Assembly: GCF_009914755.1 (NCBI RefSeq)
Contig: NC_060927.1
From: the human T2T-CHM13v2.0 reference genome, Homo sapiens
Length of the DNA: 64,000 bases
Reading direction: 5' to 3' (one strand)
In this document: positions 39,361 to 58,089 of the stretch, piece after piece
How the letters are laid out: the number at the start of each line of letters is the position of its first letter
Numbering within the stretch: position 1 is the first letter of the stretch
Translations under genes and position numbers: made by a program
The notes under the pieces: generated by a model
What the model saw: the letters and a program-made list of their open reading frames with translations, nothing else
Told to the model about the DNA's origin: nothing
The model's database searches: none

Positions 39361-40997
39361 GAGACTTACCACCTTATCAAATCTCTTTCCTCCTCTCACC
39401 TCTTTGAGAAAGAGTTACAGTGGTGTGGAGGATTACAGCTTTCAGAAAGAAGCTCAGGTGAGTTCATTGTCCAGGGGATTGTATTTAAAGCATAGGGAAA
39501 TACTTTGTATTAATATTTTATGAATAGGACTATATCTGTGTATCTGTGATGATTGTATATTTGTCCAAGAATTGGAAGCCTGATCACAAGGTCAGAGTAA
39601 GATCCAGAATCAGAATTTGGTGCCTCTGAACTTAGGAAAATAACATTGTTTTAGTTTATTATATTTCCTTTTGCAAAATTTGACAAGGAAAAGCTTCATA
39701 ATTTCAAAAATGCTTTTCTATCTTGTGATACAGATTGTAACAGACTTATATTCAGATTTGTTCTCCAAGTATCTCCATCTTCCCCACTTCCCCTGGTATT
39801 GCTGTTTTTCTTAGTGTCACTTTTGCCTTCTCCTCTCATCTGTACATATTTCTTTTGCGGTTTTCTTAGTTATTCTACTCGTATTCCAATACTTAAAACA
39901 TCTGTATCATATAACTCTGGTGATATTCCTGATCCTTCACAAAATGTTGTGTATAATTAATAAAATTACAGTGTGTATAAATATGTAAAAATAAATAAGG
40001 ATAAATTAAAAATAAAAATAAAATGAAATATATAATTATAAATAAAATAAAATGAAGATAAAATGTAAAAAATAACCTAACAGGTGATTTTTTTGACATA
40101 GATAAGAACAACCCTAGTAGGGACTTGCCATTTTTATTTCTGTTATTAAAGCAGATCTTGAATATGTAATGCCCGTTACATCCATTTCTTTTAGATTATT
40201 AAGATTAAGACATTGTTTAAATACTTCTTTCTACTTTTATTGGCTATTTTTTTTAAAAAATATATTTTATGGTTCCGTGCTCTCCCTCTGGCATTTGAAT
40301 GATACAAAAATGAATTATAGGAACCAAAACATAATGCTACTTGTTTCATCTTAAAACCTTAAGTTGCTTACAATGAAATGAAGGAGGTAAGATGTTACCA
40401 CATAAAGAGAAAACACTGTCATAGAGTTTTTGTTTAGAGAGATCTAGGACATCTTGGATATGCAAAAATGACAAGGTTGGTAGAACATTGAGGGACAGAT
40501 TAGATGAATTCTCGTTACTTGTTTTTCCCATTCACATATCCCTCTCTCTCTTCTCTCTTCCGTCCTCTCTGCCTTCCTCCCTCCTTCCCAAGGTGTCTTA
40601 TTACCTTTCCCTCCCTTTGTCCTTCTGTTTTTTTCTTTGGTGGATGAATGTTTGTAAGATGTCCATTTTGAAGCTGAAAGCCTCAAAGGCTCAAAGGCAG
40701 ATAATTCTCTTTTTGGAAGTCATTTTACAAAATCCTTTTTATGAACCTGTCTATAGGGAAATTTCTTCCTGTCCTGGCTGTGCAATGAACCATTTATTTG
40801 TTCTCATGGATACCAATACTTATTCATTATTTTAAACTTTGTATTTTCTTTTTTTTTTCCTCCTAAGAAGTTCATTTTGCTCTTTCTTCTGATTTTCCTA
40901 CCTGTTTGTAATAACAGGAATTAGTCTTTCCATGTGTCTGTGTTGATTTTTTTAATATTACTTTAGTGAAAATTATAGAGGTTACAGGTTTAGGAGC

Positions 40998-41719
40998 TGT
41001 TGGGGAAATAAAATTTAAAACCAAAGTCTCCCAACTGAGAAATTCTCTCTATAAAAGTAAGAGAGAAAGAAAACAAATCTATTTTTTATTCTTGAACAAG
41101 CATTAAATCAGAATGTGATGTACATCACAGGTAATCCACTAAGAGATGGCAAAGACAGAAAGAACTCTCACTCTTTTATGAAGCCAAACAGCCCATTACA
41201 TACGTGTTTTCAAGATAAACAATAACTTGTCCTCAAGTAAGCTTGACAGCACCATTTGTCACACATAGCTCATCCTAACTTTACCTGGTAATTGAGGTGA
41301 CCATCCATGTTAGCTGATTGGTTTTGGCCAGAGGAAAAACAAACTTCACATATCTTTATGACAGGAGGTAGTTTTTTAACTTGGTGCAAGTTGCCTACCA
41401 AAGTTAGGGTCCAACTCTCCCATAGAAACTGGGAGATAGGGGTGCTATCTACCAAAGTTAGGGCCCAACTCTCCCATAGAAACTGGGAGATAGGGGTGCT
41501 ATCTCCTGTGATGTTCACTTTTCAAAGAGATGGCCTCCAGGTCTTCCTAGTAAAAGGCATTTCTAGGTCACAAAGCTGACAAAAGGCCTTGCTTAGCCTT
41601 CAAAAGGATTTATATACATTTCAAAGAGTACAAAAAGTACTCAGTAATTGCAAGTTGGCCAAAGTAAATGCTCTGAGAAAAAGAAAGAAGGTGAAGAATC
41701 TTTTCCCTTATTTTCAACA
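40998..41719 (-). mobile_element. ERV1 solo LTR (MER34-like)
   Basis: tgttggggaaataaaatttaaaacc...ttttcaagataaacaataac...tcaaca matches my recall of the reverse of MER34-family LTRs. Confidence 0.65.
41395..41502 (+). repeat. 54-bp tandem duplication (2 copies, 1 mismatch)
   Basis: ctaccaaagttaggg(t/c)ccaactctcccatagaaactgggagataggggtgctat twice. Confidence 0.97.
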
Positions 41720-41924
41720 AGAATTATGCTTCTTAGTTTTAATTTGTACTTAATCTGACAGAAGATAGGTCCTATTTCATTATGTTTAACTAAGCAGTTC
41801 AGAATTAAAGTTTTACTTTTTCTGAGTTTGACATTCAGCTGACTTTTGTCTTTGGCCTTGTGGTAACAAATTATACGCCTCCAAGTTGGAATCTGATTTG
41901 ACAATTCATTAGCATTTCTTTAAT

Positions 41925-42120
41925 TTGTATTTTTATTGTAATAAAATTGACCATTTTAACCATTTTTAAGTCTACTGTTTTGTGGAGTTAAGTACATTTT
42001 CATTGTGCAACTATTGCCACCATTCATCCCCAGAATTTTTCACATTTTGTACTCAAACTGTAGCCTTTAAACATTAACTTCTGAGTCTGTCCTCCCCTCA
42101 GCCCCTGGCAACAACCATCA
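41925..42120 (-). mobile_element. L1MB 3' end fragment
   Basis: taaaattgaccattttaaccatttttaagt...cagcccctggcaac. Confidence 0.7.
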
Positions 42121-43649
42121 TTATCACTTTAACCAACCTATTCGAAATGCCCATGAAATTTCAATATCCTGTCTCTGGATGAGAAGTGGAGAATTGTGTT
42201 TGCCCAGGATTTTAAAGATAAAGATGTTTTCTTGGGAAACTGACTGAGAAAAACAACTTTAAAACCTTGAATGTGGTGCACCCATTTATACAAGTGATGC
42301 CACACTAATTATAAATAACTTAAGTCTGTGCAGTTCCCCAGAAATGTCTCATTCGTGCCACTTCATTACTTTCAAACTGATAATAAAATACCCTCCTAGT
42401 GAAATATTTTTTTGCATGTAACTCAGGGATTTTACTATTGTAGATTTGGCATTTTTCACAACCCTTGCTCCAGTGAATTTTTATCTTTCTTAATTGATCT
42501 TTTGGACACAGCAAACGAAATATTGAACACTTCATATATTTTGTTTTATAAACTGTCATGGATATGAAGGAGAATGATGTGAAAGAATCAGGGCAGACAA
42601 TCTGTTGCAGTCAGAGAACCTTAATTAAAATGAAGCTTTGCTATTTGATTGTCGTGATAGCTTGAGTTAGACACTTCACCTTTTTGCACCTAATTTCATC
42701 ATCTGTAAGACAGGAAAATTATATTCCTTTTTGAGTAAGTTGTGTGAATATGAAGTAAAATAAGACATGAAAAGAAGCACTGTGTATAGTGTCAAAGCAT
42801 GAATTATTTCAACTGAGTAATGTACTTAACATATGGCAGAAATTTGGAAAATACTTGTTGAGTGAATGAACAGATGTTATTCTCAAGGTTAATTTTTCTA
42901 GGGTTCTCTCTTCTACACACATACTCCTGTCTTTGCTTAAAACCTACCCTCTCTTGGCTTTCCTCTGATTCCTGATTGTATCTTCTTCTCCTTACCCAAA
43001 TTATGCTTCCAGTTTAAAAACTCCAGATCTCAGAGTTTGGGTAGTGATTTGAAAGGGCTCAAGGAATTTCTGTTATATTATTTCATAGAAAACTCTTCCT
43101 TTCTAAATGGAACTGCTTCCTGAAAGCTTTTGGGGGTTAGAAATGGCCATTCGAGTTATCCACTGTAACATACACAAAGATTAAGGGAATTTTTTTTTTT
43201 TTTTTTTTGGCTAGCATCAACAGGCTCAGGGGAGTTCACCCTAGCCAAAAAAAAATGATGAGCTGCAATAATGTTAAATCAGACATGTGAATCCAAATTA
43301 AACAGAATTCTTGGTGTAATTCCAGGCTGTTCCCTCGATGGTCATTGGGTGGGGGCTCACTAAGCAACTCTGTTGTTCAGTGTCACCATACACATGATAA
43401 ATGCAAATGTATGTATTATAAAGCAGCATAACCAAGGCTTACACTGACAAAGGCAGATGACAATCCAAAGGTATTCTGTTGAACATGCCTTGCCTGACAT
43501 GTTTTAGTGGAAAAATCACCCCCACCCATGATGATCTGAGAAAGAAATGAGTGTTGAGAGACTGAAGGAGCAGAAAACACATAAAGGAATTATAGTATTT
43601 TCCTGGATTGAGAAACAGCCTGTAGAATCACTCTGTTTAGAAGAATGTA

Positions 43650-44150
43650 ATCATTCACTCAATAATCCAGAGCGTTTTCTATATGCCAGGCTTCAATGCT
43701 AGACCCTGGGAGTCAAAAATGAATCAGAAGTGGACCCTGTCTGCAAACGTCTTAAGAGAGAAGACATACACACTTATTTAATAGTACAAGATAAAAAAGC
43801 ACATTACTGAGACTATATGGGAAGCATAGCTAACGTTTTAGGAAGAAGGTAGAAATTACATCTGGCAGAGGGAAGCAGGGAGGTTTCATGAAAGAAGTGG
43901 TTTCGGAAATATGTCCTGAAGGACAGGTGGTATGTGTACACTTGGAGAGGGTAATGAAGGGCATCCCAGGCAGAAGAGATGAGTAAAGGGGAAGGAAGGC
44001 ACGGGGTGATCTGTAGCAATATCTCTATTTGTACCTGTGGTGGGAGTGCTTGATATGTGAGAAGTAGTGGTACAGCAAAGGGTTGGAAAGAGAGCTTGCT
44101 GCCAGATCGTGGGAGGATTCAGAATGTCAGTGACGGACATCAGGGAAGTA
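43650..44150 (-). mobile_element. L2 fragment
   Basis: tcattcactcaataa...tatgccaggc reverse L2 3' end. Confidence 0.6.
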
Positions 44151-47100
44151 GCACTAGGATATGATGTGTGAGCAAATTGCTTTGGTCTTTGTCATCAGTC
44201 GGCCTTTACAGGTGTTCCCATGGCACCCAACCCTTACCTGAGGCTTTTACAGCCTTCTTGTTTGCAGTGTGGTAAATATCTCTTCCTTTGGATTTAGAGA
44301 AGGAGATTTCAGGCTGTTTTTTATATATTAGAGAATGGAAAGAACATTTGCATGCAAAAACTCTCAGTTTTTAGGTCACCCTAATACATACATGCATTTT
44401 CTTCCCTTTTTCAGAAAGAGCAGAACAATTGAAAATAATAGCCCTTTTAATTTTTCTAACATTAAGGTCACACAGGTGAAAGGGTTATTTGCTGGGTCTC
44501 ATAGGTGCTTACTCCTTTTATCATTGGAAAAATAAAGGCTCCCCTCTGTTTTCTGACTTTTTCTGGATGGTGTCTTATGTTCTGATTTGGCAACAGTCTT
44601 TAAGAATCCAGAATTCTGGAAGTAGTGAAATTATAATCAACTCCAATTAGCTACACTGGTGGAGCATAGCATTATCATACTTAAATCCACCAGCATGTCT
44701 TACATCTCATTTTAGCTAGTCATTATGCCATTGTTCCTCCATCAGCTTGCCACAGGAGTGGTTTAGCAAATTAGAAAATTGATTTGAATTTCCTACTTTT
44801 TTCCCAATTAAAAGTTCATGAGCCTTACTCTAAAACTACCTCCAGTAGGAGTAATACACCCAGTGAGAGAATTCCTAGGAATTCCTCAAAGCTTGGTCTA
44901 CTGTTTGGGGGCCCTTACACAGTCAAACTCCACCTCCACCGTGTTTTTCTGAAAGAACTTCATTCAGCATTTCCAAACTGTGGCAAGGAACCTGATGATT
45001 GCAGATGTTACTAAACAAGAATTACTAAAGTCAATTAGATTTGAGAAACACTGTATATTATTACTAAGTAATTGAGTTTCACAACATGCATTAGCATCCT
45101 GAAAGGCCCTGAAAGAAGTCCTGTGGGAAAAGATAACTTTTGAACCTCTTTCACCTAATATTAATAACCTAATGTTTCTCTAAACTGAGGGTGAATTACT
45201 AAAGCATAGCCTTTCAAAATCATTCTGTAAAAGCCTAAGCTGAACAATGTGGTTCAATATGTGGCCTTCAGAGGGTCTAAGATAATTTAAGAATGAAATT
45301 TAAAATATCAGGAGACTCAAATTAAGTAGGTACATTTATTAGGACTCTGCATTGTATCCATCCTCTATTTACCTACCAGGATTTACGTGAATATTTTTTC
45401 ATAGCCTGGAGATCCTTTCAAACCCTGTCTGTGTTAACAGAGCTGCTACATCTGATATTATTTTCCGGAATCTGAAGAAACACCAAAGAGGACTGAAATA
45501 ATAAGACATTAATTTCAGCTGTAGAATGCCGATGTTGCTGACCCTGCAGGGTTATTGCAGAGGGAGATTAATTATGCATATCTGCCACCCTAGGCTTTGG
45601 AGTTGAAGTACCCTGCTGTAATTCACTGCCGGATCATTCATGTAGCCAGCATACTGATATGATTATTATTCCACCAAGGTTTTTATCTGCCCCTAGACAA
45701 TTACAGAAGCACTTACCAGCATCTCTCATTGACTTCTTATTTAAAATTCCCAGGGCCACAGCAGGCATTCGCATCCTTTTATCGGAGACAGCTACAGATC
45801 AATGACATGAAGCAACATGGGATTTTCTGTAGGACATGACAAATGCTGAGATTGTTGCTAAGCAGAAGATAGACATTCAGATTCCAGTAGAAAATAGTGT
45901 TGCAGTGGCTCTCTAACACAAACTTTTAAGGCAATGACAAGAACATACAATGGAAATATTATGAGATTTGGTGTCAAGGTATTTGAGTTTGAACACTGGC
46001 TTCACTATTTGGTGTCCAGGAAGCTATAGTTCTTCTGTAAAATGGGATTGAAATTAAATGACAAACTCTTGGCAGCTTGAGGATCTGGAGATCTCTTTAG
46101 GTTGTGAGATGAAATGTATATATGTGTGAAATCCCTGCTAGGGTATGTATATATGTGTGAATCCCTACGAGGTTGTGAAGTTTTAATGTATACATGTGTG
46201 AAAAAAAACTTTGTGAGTGACAGAGTGTTTTAAAAATATTTTTGTGCTAATGGGAATGGCTTTCATTCCCCGCGTAGTCATAATGGAACATCCTTTTCGT
46301 GGCCCCACTGCTTGGGTGATGACCTATCGATGCCTGTAGTCACCTCACACAGAATGTAGTGACTATGCATCGGTATGATTAGCAGCTGCATGCAGTGTAC
46401 ATCCTTGAAATGATGCACAGAATAAAATTCCTATTTCCTATTGCTGTTCTCAGCCCAGGGTTTTAAGGGACTTCGAACCTGCAAGATAACATTCATCTGA
46501 TTTGCATTTTTTTCAGTTAAGTTTTCCTCTCTGTTCTATAGATCAGTGGCAAAAAGTATGGCTTGTTTTGTTTTAATTTTCCCCTAAGAGGCTTTCTCCC
46601 TTATGCGTGGCTGCATCACAGAACGCTACCTGTCTTCAGAGACCAGCTGTAGTGCCAGCTCCAAGGAATCTTTCCACCCTCACTCCTCAGTCTAAACCCC
46701 TTTTCTCTCCCCACAACTCCTACTCTCTACCACATTAAAATGCAAGTAATTCCTTCCCCACAGCATGCTGGCATGTTGCTTGGACTGATTTGTATACTTA
46801 ATAATAGCATGAGCAAACACAGCTACATAGCTTTGTAGAGTTAAAGAAATAATAAGAGCAGATACACTTTTAGGTATTTTATATATGTTAACTCATATAA
46901 TCCCCTCAGCAATCCTAGGAAGTAGAAATTATTATTCTCCCCATTTTGCAGATGGGAGAAGTAAGTCACCAAGAGATTAAGTAACTGGCCCAATATTTCA
47001 TGGGTACCATGGGGGCAGAGCCAGGAATTGGTAATTAAAATAATAGGCTTTTAAACTATGAGGTTACAATGAGCCCTATGCAAATTGGAGATTTCTATAG

Positions 47101-49305
47101 GTTGTGAGTTCCTGGATGTCTGAGGCAATGAAAATCTGTGTCATCTATTCACATTTAGCGTAAGGGCTCCGCATAGTAGGTATCCAGTTACACGAAATAG
47201 CTTTGCATTGAGAAAATCGCCCCTTGAAAGCTTAGGATGTGGCCACAAAATGCCCCCCTTGTCCTCTGTCAATATGTTTTTAGTATACGTTCTGCATTCC
47301 TGCTCAATATGCTTGTCAGAGCATTTTAAAACCTCACATAAGCACTGCTTGAGCACCTCTCTGTGAGGGAGGCCAGTGTTCTGTTTTTTTGTAAGTAGCT
47401 GTGTGGTAAAGATAAGGCATACTTGTTGAAATTAGGGTTACTTGAGTCTTTAGTGGTTTATGGATCAGTAGATAATAGCACTATAACATTCCAGCTCATT
47501 CGCATTCTGATGAAAGGGGAATTGCATGGTGTTACTTTATTTTCAATAAAGTCACCAAATGTCAATGCATATGAAAAGAACTCTGGCCATAGTCCTCCGC
47601 CCCTTCCCCCCATCCAGTGTGATCTGGTGGACTGAGGTCACAGCCCAGACTATGGGACTGGTGGGTGCGCATTGCCATCTGTCAGGATGATCCTGGTGCC
47701 CAAAAATTAGTGAAAGAAGCCATAGAATTTTCTCAACAGGGACACAGACTCACACAGACCTCCTCAGTGTTAGTTCATAAGGGGATTTTCTTTAACACTT
47801 TAGATACAGAAACATGATATTTCTTTAGGGCTTACTTTTTTGGCTTATATGAGTTCCCAGGAAAACCTGGAATATTATCTTTGTGTTTCAGGGACAAAAG
47901 TGGGGATTGGAGCAGTGAGGATGCATAATAGGCTGTTTTCTCCTATAGGCTGAGAATACCTGAAGGTAAAGGCTGCACTGAAGCCCCTGTGCTTTCTCCC
48001 AGGTGGCGAAGTGTTGGCCTGGTGCACTGTAAGTCTGCTGTGAATGTTCTAATTTAACTCTTGACTTTAACTCTTCCTAATAAAACTAGTTGTGGAAACT
48101 GAGGCATAGGGACAATGAAATATGTGGCCAATGTTATAGCACTTGTTAATGCCAGAGTCAGAACTAGGAGAGGGCTCGTCCTGCCCATCTCTCTGTGTAA
48201 TGGAGAATGAGGAGCCCCTGGGTGTTGCAGGGTCTGATGGAGTAAGGGGGGCCTCTCCGAGGCTTCTGGGCACCTGAACAGGAGGGGAACTGAGGCCCTC
48301 TTCTGCTGGATGCTTTCTATTGAGCCAATCATTTTTCTGAAAGAATTGGGGGAATGATACTAGGAAGTGCTCTGTGAAGGGACAACTGACTGTTTTGTGA
48401 GGCCAAGGATGCCTTGGATCCATTCAAGTCTAATTTCTGAAGACAGGTTCATTTCAGAGGCAGTGGATCTTGATGGCTGTCACAGAACTTACGGTGGCAT
48501 CTGTTTGAACCAACCTTTTGAGAATATTCCATTCTTAGGATGACCTGTGGCCTGACTAGATAATGCAGCGTGCCTGTGAATCCATATGTAAAATAAAAGT
48601 ATCAATGTCTCATATTTGTATCATATTTCACCATTTATTAAGCTTTATCATAAACATGATCTATTGTGATCCTTATATCATCCTATGAGGTAATCCTTAT
48701 TTTATTGATAAGGATTCCAGGGTTCAGAGGGGTTAAGTACATTATCCAAGGCCACACAGTTAAAAAGTAATCAACAGCAAACTAGAACAGAGGTTGACTG
48801 TGTCCTAGAGAAATGTTATTCCTACTACCCAGAAATTGCCTTGTATTTATATGTACTTATTGCATAACAAAATTGGACTATACACTGTGGACACAAACTT
48901 AGATTCCCAGTCAAAAAAGGAGAGTAGTAAGAAAAAATCTAAACAAAACAGATCAGGGCAGAAGTTTCTCAGGCCTCTAAGACAGGTGTAGGTATCTACC
49001 CAGAGGTTTTAGAAAAGGAATAGTTTATTTTTAGACAAAGGCAAGATGAGAGAGACTCTGGAGAAGCTGCAGAAGGGACCTGAGTCTTGAATTAGGCTGT
49101 GGGAAAGTTAAGACTTATTTCCTTTCAGTGATAGACAATTTGGTCTCAAGTGGAGTTTTAAAAATCATCTGTATCTTGTGGATTGAGGATTGATTTGGGA
49201 ATTATGGCTTGGGCTCCCCCTTCTGCAATTAGAGTTTTCACTATGGCAGTATTTTCCATGAGACCTTAATAGGTATATTGCATAAAAAGAGGTTCATGGT
49301 CAAAT

Positions 49306-54791
<5,486 letters not shown>

Positions 54792-55032
54792 AAATAACTT
54801 TGCTTAATGTTGTGTTAAGCCAAGCGGACCACAGTATTCACTGGGCAGATTACTCCAAACCTTTAAAATGCCAGTGTGTATTGTGAATCTCCAAGAGATA
54901 CGTGATATGTTACTTTTCAAATTTATTTTTTGGCCATGCAGTCCTTTTGCAGATTGCTCAGCACAGGACATGATAATTTTCATCTCGGATTTTGGAGGAA
55001 TTGTATCCTTTTTGGCCATTTGCTTTCTTGTT

Positions 55033-55037
<5 letters not shown>

Positions 55038-55070
<33 letters not shown>
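55038..55070. repeat. (GT)16 microsatellite
   Basis: Perfect run. Confidence 0.95.
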
Positions 55071-55072
<2 letters not shown>

Positions 55073-56250
55073 TCTAACTTTGCTCCCTACCTGTGAGATC
55101 CCTGATTAAATAAATGAACAGTGTGTTTATTTCTATATATTGCACAACTTCTATTAAAGTGTATAAAGTAGGGGCTTAATAAATACATTGATTTGAATCA
55201 AATTTGATGCTGTAGATTCAGAAGCTAGGGAATTACAGGTTTTGTAGAGAAATCTATGAAAACTCAGCCACAATTTTGTTACTTCTGTCCTTTCTAACAG
55301 CTTGTAGAAAATGCCTTTCTCTCGAGAGTCTCATAGACAGGATCGTGATCTTCAGACCATCCTTTTGAATTAGAGAGGTTATTAGTGGCAATGTCGTTAA
55401 GTGAAATTTAAGGGGAGAAAACCTCAGATGGCTAAGAAACTTTTCTATGCTGGGAAAAGTAATTAATTTCCTAACCTGGAGGTGACTGGATCTTAGTCCA
55501 CAGGTGATATGTCTGTTTTGGGCCTGTGGTGGTGATAATTTCACCTAATTCCCTACTTGAACTTCAAATGGCGTCACATTGCCCAAGTGATGTTCTCCTT
55601 CCTCCCTCCTCTCTACTCCGCTTCCTTCTCTACTCCGCTTCCTTCTCTACTCCCTACTCTCAGGTGCTTTGAAATGCCTCTGCTGCAGCACTGTTCTCTA
55701 TACTGTGTGGGGGGAGGTTTGGATGAGAAGAGAAACATATAATCTCAAACATACAGAAAAAGTTACAGTACAGCAGAAAGAGCATTTTTTTCCTGATCCA
55801 TAATCCCAAACATGTTTTTATAGCCAAAAGATTCATTTCACGATCAGGCATTGCATTTAGTTCTCTTGCCTTGCTTCCTTCAGCCTGGAACAGCCTTTCC
55901 ATTTTGCATTAACTTCCTACCTTGATACTTTTGAAATTTACACAGCAGTTGTTTTGTAGAATGTTCCCCTATGGGTTTGTCTAATGTTTTTTCATTGTTA
56001 TAATTAAAAGTATGTGGTTTGAATACCTCCAAAAATTGCAAGCTTCATGAGGAAGGGGATAGTTTCTCTCCCTCTTCCTCCAGACTGTCCAGAGCATGAT
56101 ACATATTTGCTGAGTGAATTAAAAGTAGTGTTTGACCATCTCATCATAAATTACTCCTCCTTCCAGCCTTGAAGTTCCCTGTCACATTCTGTGTTGGATT
56201 TAATTTGCTTCCTCGGTTTAAAATTATATATATAGATAGATAGAGATCTG

Positions 56251-56301
<51 letters not shown>
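56251..56301. repeat. (TCTA)12 tetranucleotide STR
   Basis: Perfect run, preceded by an inverted (TAGA)3. Confidence 0.95.
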
Positions 56302-56302
<1 letters not shown>

Positions 56303-56453
56303 CTATAGTTAGTTCTGTATCTTTCTGTAACCTCTTCCTGTTGTCTTAAATACGCTTTAACCAACGAAAAAGTTTTTCCACATTTTTTACAGAAGCACAA
56401 CATATTGACAGTACATAAATATTGTGTTCAACTTTTTCATTTTGTTTACATAG

Positions 56454-56540
56454 GCATCGTCATGTGATCATCACCTAAGAACTAGAACATCAGCAGGCCC
56501 TAGAAGCCTCACTCTTGCCCCTCCCTTTAATATCTCAAAG
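56454..56540 (+). other. IL1RAP: IL1RAP exon 2 (87 nt, 5'UTR)
   Basis: Pyrimidine-rich acceptor ttttcattttgtttacatag|G and donor AAAG|GTAATT. Matches the recalled leader ...ctttaatatctcaaag that precedes gATGACACTTCTGTGG (MTLLW...) in the next exon, outside the window. Confidence 0.88.
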
Positions 56541-58089
56541 GTAATTCATTTTCTGATTTAAATTAAGCAATTTATAAAACATTTCCTTATCGACTTTAAG
56601 TTCTCTACCCCTTCAGTTTCTTTCAAATTTAAACAAAACCAAGCAAAAACTTTAGCTTATTTCATAATAAACACTAATTGTCATAATATATAGCATTTTT
56701 TATATATATATATGTATGTATACACACACACACACATATGTATGTTTTCACATGTCACATCCTTTGATCCTCTCCATCTACCCTATCAGATAGTCAGCAC
56801 AGGGATTTTTACTGCTATTTTAAAAATGAGGATATGAGGCCTAGAGAAGGGAAACCTCCTGAGCCACGATTTTCCAATTTCCAATTTCATCATAGAGGCT
56901 ATCACAGTAATCTTGGCTTTTCTGTAATTTGTCAAGGCCAGACTTGACAACTAAAACTATCTTCTTTGAAATATTTTGACAATAGAGCACTAAACTTGGA
57001 CCTAGTACACACAAAGTGTAGGGCATGGCAAGTTTTGCCAAATACTCAATGGTCAACTTGAACCACGTAATTTGGGCTCTTTTTTGTAAATAATATTAGT
57101 GGTAGCTCACATTGTCTACTACTCCATAGTTCCTCAATTATTTCACATCTATTATCTCACTTAATAAGAGTTGATGATAAACAGCATTTGCTGAGAGCAA
57201 TTTGTGTTCCTGGATGGTGCTAAGCACTTTACAGCAATTGTTAAGACTTTCCTCTCAACAAATGGTGAGGTAGTTGTATTAGTTTCTATCATTCCCCAGC
57301 CTCAGTGTCCCTAAGTAGAGAAATACTTAATCATCAAATTGTCCTCTGGAGAGAGGGTACAATGGAACAATTCCTTACCTTGTTTAGAAGGATCCATGAA
57401 CCCCTAGCACATCAGTCTTGAATTAACCATCAAGACAGTGAGCTAGTTACAGATCTTCCTAAGAGGTCAGTATGAATATTCCTCACCTCTTCTCTCAGGC
57501 TCTCCAGTATCACACAGTCAAACAAACTAGGAACTGCAAGTTCAGTGCTCTTTTTAAATTGCTCTTTCACCTTCCACTCACTGAAAACCCAGTTCTAGTT
57601 CTCCCTTGTGAGGGACAGGACTTCATGATGGTATTTCTTACCTCACCCCACAGAGCATGTTGCTATTCAAAATATTAAAGCACAAAAGGGAATCAATCTG
57701 CTCACATTCTATTCCAAGCTTCTAAAGATGGCAGGTGGTATATTATGTATATATGTCCTCTCAGAGTGCTGAGCACTTTGAAGCTATTTCCTAAAAAGGG
57801 AGAAGGCAGTATCTAAGAGGAGTGTGCTAATGTTTTCTTATGAACTTTGACTCTGCTGTTATATCAGTAAAGGTTAGCAGTACTGGCTTGGTAAGCTGAA
57901 AGTTGGGGCATTTCATTGATCTCTCCATGTACCTCCACTGCTAGGCATTTCTGGAATATTCAGTGCTTAATGACAAGGCTGTGTTATTTTCAAAGTAAAT
58001 GTTGAAAATAGAAACCATATTTAGGTTAAAACACCTTTCTTTAAACTGTCAAAAAGGCTCCATAAATCATTTGTTGAGTTTTTAAAAAG

